A stretch of 63,429 nt of DNA, filler included, from Octopus bimaculoides (GCF_001194135.2; 4 parts of 4 records of this genome joined end to end with filler, not necessarily neighbours in it), one strand, 5' to 3'; shown: positions 50,792 through 63,136, counted from the whole stretch's first letter. The notes: generated from the sequence alone by a model not told the origin. Numbers and translations are program-made.

Positions 50792-50872
50792 AAGAAGCTC
50801 TTCACTCTTGGCAAGTTCGGGAAGTTTGACATAGTTAAGGCCCATAATTGCTTCTGACTTCAGAGAAATCCC
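50792..50872 (-). CDS. Candidate isolated 81-nt symmetric coding exon, gene unknown
   Basis: tttatctag|G acceptor and CTT|gtgagt donor; only phase 0 is open: GISLKSEAIMGLNYVKLPELAKSEELL. Could instead be decayed TE coding sequence. Confidence 0.3.
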
Positions 50873-52530
50873 CTAGATAAATTGGGCCATCTTTGGTCAA
50901 CAAGATTTTCGTGTTTCTTGTATAATAAACATTTTAAGATCTCTCCCTTGCAGAATGTTCCGACAGAGCATTATCTGACGCTATTTTGTCAACTCTGGCG
51001 TACCGCAAGATCAGCAATATTCTCAATTCTCTTTCTTACTGATTTGAGAAGTGTTATTGTTGTGTCGACGCCCCCACGCGAAGAAGTAGGACCTTCCAAG
51101 ACATATAAATAGAAGTAGTCTGGCCGTGGTAGGACTGTTGAGTAGCAGTCGAGTAGCAGTTGTGTAGCGGTTGAGTAGAGATCATCCGAAGGTGCTAGAT
51201 AGCAGTAGCGTTGAGACAACGGTTATTCATATCTGCTGGGTAGGTGACCTCTATGAATATACACGATCTTTCCTTTTGCCCCACATAGATATACCAGGCC
51301 TGTTATATTTGCACTTACTAGAAGATTATTTGAAAGCGATATTCCACTAATATTCCATGCGTCGATATGTATTTCTTAGCAGAGTGTTGTTTATATTCAT
51401 TTCAGGGCATACTTTTCAGCGGATAACACTGTATATTGTTTTAGTAACAACATCATGTCGCAGTGAGGTTCTATCGAGATGAGATGTTTGGGCAACTCCT
51501 GATCACATGTTCTGTCCTGTGTGGAAGAATTGAATAACCGACATTTGCAGTTGCATCTTGGGAGTTTAACAACTTCGCTATCCTCTTTGTATGTATGTAT
51601 GTATGTATGTTCGTTCGTTCGTATGTATGCAGGATTGTACGGGTACGTTTACGAATGCGTGTGTATGTATGTATGTATGTATGTATGTATGCATGCATGT
51701 ATGTATGTATGTATGCATGCATGTATGTATGCATTTATATATGTATTTATGTATGTATGTATGTATGTTCGTTCGTATGTGTGTAGGATTGTACGGGTAC
51801 GTTTATTAATGCGTGTGTTTGTACATGTATACATCACTGTATGTGTATGTCTCAGTGTCAAATAAGCAAATATTGCCCTATTTATGAATGTGCATGTGTG
51901 TGTGTGTTCGTGCACGCGCACGTGAAAACGTGTTCGAAGCGTCTGTAATATTCGATTCCATAAGGACGCAGAGAGACGAATGGTTAAGATATTCACTTCA
52001 TAATTATCAAGTCACCAATTCGATCCCACCGCCCGCCAGCACAATTATTTTCCATTTGGACCGACCCAAGCATTGTGAATTAAAGTAAATAGAAACAGAT
52101 TTGAAACCGTCCCGTAGATTTCGCGTTTAATTCAAAAAGGCATCTTTGCCACACACCATGCAAAGCTGATTTTTCATGGAGATTGAGTTAATGAAAAATG
52201 TGTTCACGGAATCCTCAGCCACCTGGTCTATATAGTTCAACGAATGGATTTTTCTTTAACTCGTTTCTCGGATAAATGAGAATGATGGTAAAAACAAGCT
52301 TTAAAGGAAGTCTCGGTCAATCCAAAGTAAGTTTTGTGTTTACCCTCAAAACCTTCACGTGATATATTGGGAAATTACTGTTATTAGGGTAGTTAATTGG
52401 AACCATTCAGTTACATATGTACAGTTATTAATGTACATAGCCTCTTATCAAAATGATGTTTGTGATATTTTTGTGTTGTTTTTGCAGCTTTAATAATAAA
52501 GCATATTACTCTACCTCCGGTATTCGAGTA

Positions 52531-52657
52531 CACTTTTTGCCCACCTTGTTATGGTGGGCAAAAAGTGAAATGTGTTAACAGCAAACAAGATGAGGACAAA
52601 TATGTAAATAATGTAAATAATGTACATAATTCCTCATCTCTCAAATATAGAACTGTA
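52531..52657 (+). repeat. Perfect 15-bp hairpin (52531-52567) fused to the 3' part of the 2356-type Penelope-like repeat
   Basis: cactttttgcccacc-ttgttat-ggtgggcaaaaagtg, then tgtgttaacagcaaacaagatgaggacaaatat...ctcatctctcaaatatagaactgta. Confidence 0.8.
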
Positions 52658-52820
52658 CGCTGTTGGTGTGTTTACGTCCCCGTAAGATAGCGGTTCGGCA
52701 AAAGAGACACCGATAGAATAAGTACTACGCTTCCAAAGAATAATTCCTGGGGTCGATTTGTTCGATTAAAGTCGGTGCTCCAGCATGGCCGTAGTTAAAT
52801 GCCTGAAGCAAATAAAAGAA
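52658..52820 (+). mobile_element. SINE family B, 3' half
   Basis: ggtgtgtttacgtccccgtaag...gtcggtgctccagcatggccg. Confidence 0.85.
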
Positions 52821-52907
52821 GATATCGTGTGTGCGAACGTAGCTGTTTCTATACGTAAATGTGTTATGCGCGCACGAGCATCTGTTTCAGTCTCTCTGTC
52901 TCTTTCA

Positions 52908-52943
<36 letters not shown>

Positions 52944-53492
52944 CTCTCGGTTACTGCGTAGGAGTTAATGTATGAATGGTTGTAAAGAGAGGTAGTCTGG
53001 ATACATAGCGTGAACGCGTGACAAGGGTGTGTGTATAAGTATATACAATATAAATATATACAAGGACACCTTTCTAAACTCCACGCCAACCACTTCCACC
53101 ACCACCACCACCACCGCCACCACCACCACCNNNNNNNNNNNNNNNNNNNNNNNNNNNNNNNNNNNNNNNNNNNNNNNNNNNNNNNNNNNNNNNNNNNNNN
53201 NNNNNNNNNNNNNNNNNNNNNNNNNNNNNNNNNNNNNNNNNNNNNNNNNNNNNNNNNNNNNNNNNNNNNNNNNNNNNNNNNNNNNNNNNNNNNNNNNNNN
53301 NNNNNNNNNNNNNNNNNNNNNNNNNNNNNNNNNNNNNNNNNNNNNNNNNNNNNNNNNNNNNNNNNNNNNNNNNNNNNNNNNNNNNNNNNNNNNNNNNNNN
53401 NNNNNNNNNNNNNNNNNNNNNNNNNNNNNNNNNNNNNNNNNNNNNNNNNNNNNNNNNNNNNNNNNNNNNNTATATATATATATATATATGTG

Positions 53493-53527
<35 letters not shown>

Positions 53528-53579
53528 ATGTATATATGTATATATATATATAGATATATATGTATATGTATATACGCAT

Positions 53580-53625
<46 letters not shown>

Positions 53626-53865
53626 TTCCTTGCCACCGTCATCACAGCAGTGTCTTTTTCTTTCTTTACAAACAACCTGTTACTTGTCAACACACACACA
53701 CATATTTATGCTCTCACATAAACATGCTTGGACGTACATATACGCACATCATGTGCACATACAAACCTTAAACGCACACACACACACACACACACAGATT
53801 CACATATGTACGCGCGCATTCTCTCTCACTCACTCTCTGTCATTCTCTTTCTCTCTCTCTGTGTA

Positions 53866-53896
<31 letters not shown>

Positions 53897-54996
53897 CTCA
53901 AACACACACATTAACACACATGTATATAAAGTCAAACATGTTCGTACACTCACGTACAACTATCGGCACAAATGAACATATGTACACGCAATGGAAACCC
54001 CCGACCGACGGCCACTTCCGCCACAAACAGTGCTACCACCACCACCACCACCNNNNNNNNNNNNNNNNNNNNNNNNNNNNNNNNNNNNNNNNNNNNNNNN
54101 NNNNNNNNNNNNNNNNNNNNNNNNNNNNNNNNNNNNNNNNNNNNNNNNNNNNNNNNNNNNNNNNNNNNNNNNNNNNNNNNNNNNNNNNNNNNNNNNNNNN
54201 NNNNNNNNNNNNNNNNNNNNNNNNNNNNNNNNNNNNNNNNNNNNNNNNNNNNNNNNNNNNNNNNNNNNNNNNNNNNNNNNNNNNNNNNNNNNNNNNNNNN
54301 NNNNNNNNNNNNNNNNNNNNNNNNNNNNNNNNNNNNNNNNNNNNNNNNNNNNNNNNNNNNNNNNNNNNNNNNNNNNNNNNNNNNNNNNNNNNNNNNNNNN
54401 NNNNNNNNNNNNNNNNNNNNNNNNNNNNNNNNNNNNNNNNTGTATGCCGGCGTGTGTGTACGTTTGTTTTGCGTATGTTGCTATATGCGTGTGTACGCTT
54501 TCTAATGACTGTGTACCTGTGCATATATATCTGTGTGTGTATGTGTGTGTGTGCATTTGTAGAGTTCGTTTTTGTACGAATGCGTATAGATAGATATCAC
54601 CTTATCAAAGTGTATGTATGCCGGCGTGTGTGTACGTTTGTTTTGCGTATGTTGCTATATGCGTGTGTACGCTTTCTAATGACTGTGTACCTGTGCATAT
54701 ATATCTGTGTGTGTATGTGTGTATATGTGAGTATGAGCATGCGTACGTGTGTATGTATGTGTATGCGTACATGCATGTATGCGCGCGCATACATGCATGT
54801 TAGATTTGTTTAGCCCTAGGTCAAACCTATTCAGACTTAAATTCAGGCCGTCATTTATTCAAACTTAGAATATCTAGAACGAAATTATGCAACGTGTCCT
54901 TCCTAGTAAGGTATGATTTATGGGGGATTTGGTTATTATTTCTAACAGATCGAGGAATCATACTGATGTGCGTTTACCGCTTATGTTAAAATAGTG

Positions 54997-55042
<46 letters not shown>

Positions 55043-55044
55043 TC

Positions 55045-55395
55045 GTTTACTTTCTGCACTCATTTGATTGCGGCCATGCTGGGGCACCGCCTTAGAGGAG
55101 TTTTAGTGGAAGAAATCGACCCATGGATTTATTCTTCATTAAGTCTGGTACTTACTCTATCGTTATCTTTTGCCGAACCGCTAGCTTACGGGGACGTAAA
55201 CACACCAACGTCGGTTGTCAAGTGATGGTAGGGGCAAACACAGACACACACATAAATACACGCACACACATATATACGACGGGTTTCTTTTAGTTTCCGT
55301 CGACAAAATTTACCCACCAGGCTTTGGTCAGCCCGAAGAACTGAACACCACACCATGTGGTTGGGAAACAAGCTTCTTACCACACAGCCACGTCC
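55045..55395 (-). mobile_element. SINE family B, complete copy showing the bipartite structure with internal microsatellite
   Basis: 5' tRNA-like half (55395-55275), short (TA/CA) spacer, 3' half (55245-55045). Confidence 0.9.
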
Positions 55396-55629
55396 ATATA
55401 CATACATACATACATACATATATACATACATACATACATACACACATACATACATACATACATACATACATACATACATACATACGTGACCATCTTTCTT
55501 ATCCTGCACGACCTTTTAAGGACGCTGCTTTCTTTCTCTTTCTATCTTTTCTCTTTTCAAAGAAAATATTTCTCCCAGCTTTCACTACTTTCCTCTCGTT
55601 CTGGTCTAACGACTCTCCAGGTTTGTTTT

Positions 55630-55835
55630 CGTTCGGTTTCCTAAGCATACCAGCCTGGGCAATATAGTTAGTGGTATTTCGTCTGTCTTTACGTTCTGAG
55701 TTCAAATTCCGCCGAGGTCGACTTTGCTTTTCATCCTTTCGGGGTCGATAAATTAAGTACCAGTTGTGTACTGGGGTCGATCTAATCGACTGGTCCTCTC
55801 CCCCCAAATTTCGGGCCTTGTGCTTAGAGTAGAAA
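55630..55835 (+). mobile_element. SINE family A
   Basis: ttacgttctgagttcaaattccgccgaggtcgac...aaatttcgggccttgtgcttagagtagaaaag. Confidence 0.9.
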
Positions 55836-55844
55836 AGAAGTTTG

Positions 55845-56710
55845 CTTCCCAAAGCACATAGTTCCGGGTTCAGTCCCACTGCATTGTACCTTAGACAAGT
55901 GTCTTCTACTATAGCCTCGGGCCGACCAAAGCCTTGTGAATGGATTTGGTTGACGGAAACTGAAAGAAGCTCGTCATATACATATATTCTTTTGTTCTTT
56001 TATTCTTTTATTTGTGCCAGTCATTTGACTGCGGCCATGCTAGAGCACCGCCTTTTGTCGAACAAATCGACCCCAGGATTTATTCTTTGTAAGCCTAGTA
56101 CTTATTCTATCGTACTCTTTTGCTAAACCACTAAGTTACGGGGACGTGAACACACCAACATACACTCCCCATATATACTATATANNNNNNNNNNNNNNNN
56201 NNNNNNNNNNNNNNNNNNNNNNNNNNNNNNNNNNNNNNNNNNNNNNNNNNNNNNNNNNNNNNNNNNNNNNNNNNNNNNNNNNNNNNNNNNNNNNNNNNNN
56301 NNNNNNNNNNNNNNNNNNNNNNNNNNNNNNNNNNNNNNNNNNNNNNNNNNNNNNNNNNNNNNNNNNNNNNNNNNNNNNNNNNNNNNNNNNNNNNNNNNNN
56401 NNNNNNNNNNNNNNNNNNNNNNNNNNNNNNNNNNNNNNNNNNNNNNNNNNNNNNNNNNNNNNNNNNNNNNGTGTGTGTGTGTGTGTGTGTGCCTGTGTGT
56501 TTGTTTCCCACCATCGCTTGATAACTGGTGTTTGCGAATTTACGTTCTCGAAACCTAACGGCTCGGCAAAAAGAGATCGCTAGAATAAGTATCAAGCTTT
56601 ACAAAACAAAAATATATAAATAAATAGATAAATGAATAAATAAAGATCTTCACTAGGCGATGCCCCAGCATGGTCGCAATCCAATGACTGAAACAGGTAA
56701 AAGCTAAACC
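55845..56710. mobile_element. SINE family B (plus) interrupted in its internal microsatellite by a minus-strand family B 3' half
   Basis: Plus 5' half 55845-55982; minus 3' half 55990-56160; (TA)n and gap; plus 3' half 56471-56710. Confidence 0.8.
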
Positions 56711-57104
56711 ATAAAACATAAAAACGACGACAGCCGAGGCACGAGGCCAACACGAAAACTATTCGAATTAAGAGAGTGTGTGAAGTTATTTTTCGCCTGT
56801 CAGCTTTTGCGGCGTTCCATTGTCATTCATTATTGTTCCAAGTTTGCAACAAAAAAACAGCACTCACGAAAGATTAGCGACAAATATTTTTATCGAATGA
56901 TTTTTTTCACAGAAATGTCGAGAGAAGTCAGTCAATTTACCTCACCATATATATATATATATTCATTATCTTTGAATTCGTTCAGCTCAATGTAAATCGA
57001 ATGAAAGTAGTATTTCAAGTTATAGCATTTTCTTTGCCGTGCGGTATCAATGAAGTCAAAACAGAAACGTGTAAGCGATTACAATACGAACGGGAACGTC
57101 AGTT

Positions 57105-57132
57105 TGATTGGTTGAAAAAAACGGTGACGTAA
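57105..57132 (-). promoter_or_regulatory. Candidate promoter elements (CCAAT box and CRE/ATF-like site) in a CpG-enriched unique stretch
   Basis: TGATTGGTT at 57105-57113 and TGACGTAA at 57125-57132; minus-strand donor-like sites downstream at 56940 and 56867. Confidence 0.25.
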
Positions 57133-57317
57133 ATTCCGTAATGGTGCCAGTAGGTCTGATTGAGTAAACAAAATTAAACTGTAAATCTGTGGATTTAAGT
57201 TCGAATTACATTTACGGCTATATCACGCTGACAGTATCAGTTCTCTTCCGATCACCGCAGTTAAACAGCGTCCAAACCTTTTAAAATTAAGATGAGTGAC
57301 CACTTTGGTTTTTCCAT

Positions 57318-57600
57318 AAGCTTAGGCATGACTGTGTGGTTAAGAAGCTCGTTTTGCAATCACTTGGTGTTGGGTTCAATCCCACTGAACAGCACTTGGG
57401 GCAAATGTCTTCTACTATAGTCTTGGGCCGATAAATGTGATTGATTTCAGTAGACGGAAACTCTTTGTGTGTGTCCGTGTGTCCATGTTTGTCACGTACT
57501 ACCATTTCTTAGCAACCGGTGTAGATTCTTCTAAGATCCCGTAACCTAAAGGTTCAAAAAAACACAATGATAGATAAACTACGGGATTTACAAAAATAAC
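57318..57600 (+). mobile_element. SINE family B, old degenerate copy
   Basis: ctgtgtggttaagaagc...gggcaaatgtcttctactatag...gtagacggaaac. Confidence 0.75.
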
Positions 57601-58294
57601 GTTAAGTCGAAGGGTCAATTTGTTGGAGCAAAATACCTGAAGATGATTTCCCCAACATGATGAGAGGCACAACAAAATTAAAATACCTGAAGCTTTACGC
57701 TCCAGTTGTTTAAACCAAGATCAGCTCTGCTATAGCGCGATTATGGCCACAGGTATTCTTGTTGGGGCCACATTGTCTTTTGTTTCACACATAATGTATC
57801 TGGGACTACATTATCCAATGTGTTGGTCCTTTGCATTTTAGGAGTTAGATATTCGGCTGCTATGTTTAGCTGGTTGAGTAACTGCATTATGATGAACTCT
57901 TTCATGTCTCAGTAGTGTAGTATGCAGCGCGTCAGTCCCATAAAAAAAAAACAGCAGAGCCATCTGAAGATCCGATGTTCGATTCCCAACTGGGGCAATG
58001 CTTTTTATATTTTCCGTTCGTCTTCACGTCCTAAGTTCAAATTCCACTGAAGTCGGTTTAGCCATACATCCTTTGCGTTTGATAGAATATATACCAGTGA
58101 AACATTGGAGTCTTTGGTACAATTGCTGGCATTGCACCAAAGTTTGAAATCAGTATGTATGTATGTATGTATGTATGTATGTATGTATGTATGTATGTAT
58201 GTATGTATGTATGTGTGTGCGTCCGTGTGTGTTTATGTGTGTGTGTATGTATGCATGTACGTATGTATATCCACTTGGATCCTTGGCTTTTAGC

Positions 58295-58460
58295 CACAGG
58301 CGTGGCTGTGTGGCAAGAAGCTTCCTTCCCAACCACATCGTTCCGGGTTTAGTCCTACTGCGTGGCACTTTCGGCAAGTGTCTTCTACTATAGCCTCGGG
58401 TCGATCAAAGCCCTGTGAATGGATTTAGTAGACGGAAACTGAAAGAAGCCCGTCGTATAT
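58295..58460 (+). mobile_element. SINE family B, 5' half
   Basis: gtggctgtgtggcaagaagcttccttcccaaccacat...gacggaaactgaaagaagcccgtcg. Confidence 0.9.
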
Positions 58461-58803
58461 ATGTATATATACACACGTACACACAGGAGTGCACACACAA
58501 AATAACACACACACCTAGCACACATACGCACGCACACACATAAACACACACATACACACCCCTCACATACATAAAACCACACACACACACACACACATAC
58601 ACAACACACATGCACATATACACACATGCACACACGCACACACACCTCTCTCATACACAATACTCACTCACATACATAACACACACGCACGCACGAAAAC
58701 ATACACAATATACACATACACGCACGCACAAAAAATATACACACACGCGCACACGGAAACACACATACAGACACACATAAACACACACACCCATACCTAA
58801 CAC

Positions 58804-58903
58804 NNNNNNNNNNNNNNNNNNNNNNNNNNNNNNNNNNNNNNNNNNNNTTAATTAATTAANNNNNNNNNNNNNNNNNNNNNNNNNNNNNNNNNNNNNNNNN
58901 NNN
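58804..58903. other. Artificial scaffold-concatenation linker
   Basis: 44 N + TTAATTAATTAA (58848-58859) + 44 N. Confidence 0.95.
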
Positions 58904-59281
58904 AAACAAGTAAAAGATAAAAGATATACTGGGATTGATTTGTTCAACTAAAACCCTTCAAGGTGGTGCCCCAGCATGGCCACAGTCCAGTGACTGAAAC
59001 AAGTAAAAGATAAAAGATATACTGGGATTGATTTGTTCAACTAAAACCCTTCAAGGTGGTGCTCCAGCATGGCCACAGTCCAATGACTGAAAGAAGTAAA
59101 AGATAAAAGATATACTGGGATTGATTTGTTCAACTAAAACCCTTCAAGGTGGTGCCCCAGCATGGCCACAGTCCAATGAGTGAAACAAGTAAAAGATAAA
59201 AGATATACTGGGATTGATTTGTTCAACTAAAACCCTTCAAGGTGGTGCCCCAGCATGGCCACAGTCCAATGACTGGAACAA
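58904..59281 (+). repeat. 93-bp tandem array (at least 4 units) of a SINE family B-type 3' end
   Basis: Unit starts at 58904, 58997, 59090, 59183 and 59276; single-base differences between units; the left end is cut by the scaffold edge. Confidence 0.93.
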
Positions 59282-60120
59282 GGAATAGATAAGAGACAAG
59301 ATCAGCAAAGATGTGACTGAAAACAACATGAATTGTGATATGTCTGTGTTTATAACTAATTGTTCTTTTAGCAGAAGTAGGTAAATATTTCCTTGTTGCC
59401 TAAATAGCATGATACAACATTCCATTGAAATATGGAGATGAGAGCTAAGTAACTTTGACTGAGAGATTAGATGAATTCAAACGATCTAAAGAAATTGGAA
59501 ATATGGCTTTATAGCCCATGTTTATCTCCTAGCATTATAGAAAGAAGATAGAAACGTTTGCATATGTTTGTGTGCGTGTGTGTGTGTGTATATGTTTGTG
59601 TGTGTGTGTGTGTTGTGTGTTGTGTGTGTGAGTTTGAGAAAGGATTCAGGAAGAAGAAGAAGAAGAAAAAATAATCCATGCAATAGGAAACGGATGGGAA
59701 AGGAGGTGGGGATGCGGATATGGAATATGGCATGTTTGATAGGAAAGTGTGAAAAAGGACATTTTTATAAGAAGCCAATATATGTAGGAATGCAGGTGAT
59801 GAAGAACTTAAAGAACTGGATGAAACTGGATGGAACTGGATGGAACTGAATGGATGGATAGGAAGAAGGAAACAAAGGAGGTGAGAGACTTGGTGCATTG
59901 TCTAATGGCACTGGAATGATACCAAATGCAAGATGAAAAATCTGAATATATATATATGTATGTATATATACATATATATGCAAACACGTTATATACGCAC
60001 ATGCACATACATGCACACATACAGACAAACATATAAACATATATATATGTGTGTGTATGTGTGTGTGTATATATATATGTATGTACGTATATGTATGTTT
60101 GTGTGTGTGTGTGTGTGTGA

Positions 60121-60293
60121 CTAAAGCGACTGAAGTCACTATTCAGCACCAGTATTGCTAGAAATACCAGTCAAAAGAACACATTGCCACAATACACACC
60201 ATCTTATTTGCTGACAAGGGAGGCAAGTTATGAGTTAATTTGACTCTTATTTCTAGCAATACTGGTGCTGAATAATGCCCTCAGTCACTTTAG
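60121..60293. mobile_element. MITE-like element, ~55-bp imperfect TIRs
   Basis: ctaaagcgactgaagtcactattcagcaccagtattgctagaaata / tatttctagcaatactggtgctgaataatgccctcagtcactttag. Confidence 0.8.
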
Positions 60294-60321
60294 TGAGAAA
60301 TGTATTTTTACCTATCATCAT

Positions 60322-60654
60322 CATCATCATCATTATTTAACGTCCACTTTCCATGCTAGTATGGGTTGGACGATTTGACTGAGGACTGGTGGACCAGGAG
60401 GCGACACCAGGCTCCAATCTGATTTGGCAGAGTTTCTACATTTGGATGCCCTTCCTAACGCCAACCACTCCAAGAGTGTAGTGGGTGCTTTTACGTGCGA
60501 CCGGCACAAAGGCCAGTCAGGCGGTACTGGAAACGGCCACTCTCAAAATGGTTAATTTTTCGTGCCACCTGCACAGGAGCAAGTCCAGTGGTACTGGCAA
60601 CGATCTCGCTCGAATGACTTTTCACATGCCACTGGCACAAGTGCCAGGAAAGCG
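60322..60654 (-). mobile_element. RTE-related non-autonomous retroelement 3' end with (GAT)n tail
   Basis: Reverse complement contains ggttggcgttaggaagggcatcc and ends gtggacgttaaataatgatgatgatg, typical of RTE-partnered SINEs. Confidence 0.75.
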
Positions 60655-61081
60655 NNNNNNNNNNNNNNNNNNNNNNNNNNNNNNNNNNNNNNNNNNNNNN
60701 NNNNNNNNNNNNNNNNNNNNNNNNNNNNNNNNNNNNNNNNNNNNNNNNNNNNNNNNNNNNNNNNNNNNNNNNNNNNNNNNNNNNNNNNNNNNNNNNNNNN
60801 NNNNNNNNNNNNNNNNNNNNNNNNNNNNNNNNNNNNNNNNNNNNNNNNNNNNNNNNNNNNNNNNNNNNNNNNNNNNNNNNNNNNNNNNNNNNNNNNNNNN
60901 NNNNNNNNNNNNNNNNNNNNNNNNNNNNNNNNNNNNNNNNNNNNNNNNNNNNNNNNNNNNNNNNNNNNNNNNNNNNNNNNNNNNNNNNNNNNNNNNNNNN
61001 NNNNNNNNNNNNNNNNNNNNNNNNNNNNNNNNNNNNNNNNNNNNNNNNNNNNNNNNNNNNNNNNNNNNNNNNNNNNNTATA

Positions 61082-61845
61082 TATATATATATTGTATAAG
61101 AGTATATAAAGATTTAGTACACAGAGGGAAGACCTTTGACAGAACTTCTTTCATGCTAAAAATTGCAGTTAAACCCAAACCTCAAACAAAAGGAATTCTT
61201 AAGGCAGACTGCTAACAGGCACTAGAGTGAATAAAAAGTTAGTTAACCCTATACTCGAGTTTTGCTATTAATGACCAATAAATTAATTTAGTATATGTAG
61301 CTCATCAGTAGGATTTCTAAAGAATGCATAATTATGTAACTGTTATACATACTGAAAACACAAGGCAAGCACATGTGCAAGACAGCTCCATCTTTATAAA
61401 TTATGGATTCAAACTTAGTGCGTGAGTGTAGTCAGAATAGCACCGCAGTAAAAAAATCTAAACTGTGTACTATATGGCCAAAGAATTGGAAAATTTTACT
61501 GCATAAGTATAAGGGTAAAAAATTAAAATAATTTACTACCAGTGGTTCGCATGCATAATAAAAGTCATAAGGCATAAAATATTTTATAAGAGTGTATAAA
61601 GATGTATACACACGGAGAGAAGACCCTTGACAGGACTGAAAAGGTCCTTAAGAATTCCTTTCCTTTCATAGTTTCGATTTAACTTCCCTTTTTAGCATGT
61701 AAGAAGTCCTGTCAAGGGTCTTCTCTCTGTGTATAAATCTTTATACACTCTTATATAAAATATTTTGTTTTATGACTTTTATTATGCATGCTAACACACT
61801 CATAATAAATTATTTCAATTTTTTACCCTTACACTTATGCACTAT
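61082..61845. repeat. Fold-back repeat: ~140-bp arms (61501-61640 / 61700-61842) plus a third partial direct copy (61085-61175)
   Basis: gcataagtataagggtaaaaaatt...gaagacccttgacaggact and its reverse complement; about 88% identity by eye. Confidence 0.85.
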
Positions 61846-61867
61846 ATATATATATGTATGTATATAT

Positions 61868-62907
61868 ATCATGAAAGATCCTGGAAAATCCAGGCCCTTA
61901 CATAAATGGGACCAAGCATTGTAAAGTGTGCATAGCTATTAAAGGACACCCTCAACCCAGAGAACATATTTAATTCCTAGATGGAGGTCTTGGGACCCTG
62001 CTTGCACTTCAGGAAATTCCTGCTGGCATCCTGGGATCCACATGCTAATGGGGNNNNNNNNNNNNNNNNNNNNNNNNNNNNNNNNNNNNNNNNNNNNNNN
62101 NNNNNNNNNNNNNNNNNNNNNNNNNNNNNNNNNNNNNNNNNNNNNNNNNNNNNNNNNNNNNNNNNNNNNNNNNNNNNNNNNNNNNNNNNNNNNNNNNNNN
62201 NNNNNNNNNNNNNNNNNNNNNNNNNNNNNNNNNNNNNNNNNNNNNNNNNNNNNNNNNNNNNNNNNNNNNNNNNNNNNNNNNNNNNNNNNNNNNNNNNNNN
62301 NNNNNNNNNNNNNNNNNNNNNNNNNNNNNNNNNNNNNNNNNNNNNNNNNNNNNNNNNNNNNNNNNNNNNNNNNNNNNNNNNNNNNNNNNNNNNNNNNNNN
62401 NNNNNNNNNNNNNNNNNNNNNNNNNNNNNNNNNNNNNNNNNNNNNNNNNNNNNNNNNNNNNNNNNNNNNNNNNNNNNNNNNNNNNNNNNNNNNNNNNNNN
62501 NNNNNNNNNNNNNNNNNNNNNNNNNNNNNNNNNNNNNNNNNNNNNNNNNNNNNNNNNNNNNNNNNNNNNNNNNNNNNNNNNNNNNNNNNNNNNNNNNNNN
62601 NNNNNNNNNNNNNNNNNNNNNNNNNNNNNNNNNNNNNNNNNNNNNNNNNNNNNNNNNNNNNNNNNNNNNNNNNNNNNNNNNNNNNNNNNNNNNNNNNNNN
62701 NNNNNNNNNNNNNNNNNNNNNNNNNNNNNNNNNNNNNNNNNNNNNNNNNNNNNNNNNNNNNNNNNNNNNNNNNNNNNNNNNNNNNNNNNNNNNNNNNNNN
62801 NNNNNNNNNNNNNNNNNNNNNNNNNNNNNNNNNNNNNNNNNNNNNNNNNNNNNNNNNNNNNNNNNNNNNNNNNNNNNNNNNNNNNNNNNNNNNNNNNNNN
62901 NNNNNNN

Positions 62908-62946
<39 letters not shown>

Positions 62947-63136
62947 ATATATCATGAAAGATCCTGGAAAATCCAGGCCCTTACATAAATGGGACCAAGC
63001 ATTGTAAAGTGTGCATAGCTATTAAAGGACACCCTCAACCCAGAGAACATATTTAATTCCTAGATGGAGGTCTTGGGACCCTGCTTGCACTTCAGGAAAT
63101 TCCTGCTGGCATCCTGGGATCCACATGCTAATGGGG
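61868..63136 (+). other. Identical 186-bp sequence on both sides of an N-gap (probable contig-overlap artefact)
   Basis: 61868-62053 equals 62951-63136, and the first copy ends exactly at the gap. Confidence 0.75.

Noticed and set aside
54441-54723. ~108-bp identical duplication with 174-bp period
   Set aside because: It abuts an N-gap and is low complexity; it cannot be separated from an assembly echo or ordinary minisatellite. The same applies to 40837-40880.
58904-59281. Regularly spaced repeats resembling a CRISPR array
   Set aside because: There are no unique spacers; the whole 93-bp unit repeats, it is SINE-derived, and there are no cas genes in a eukaryotic context.
59640-59940. Possible LINE AP-endonuclease remnant (and a possible decayed TE ORF at 9690-10070)
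   Set aside because: Only scattered residues match and there are many stops; not enough to annotate.
61868-63136. 186-bp direct repeats that could be LTRs
   Set aside because: They are 100% identical, the first copy ends exactly at the gap and there are no TG...CA ends; contig overlap is more likely.
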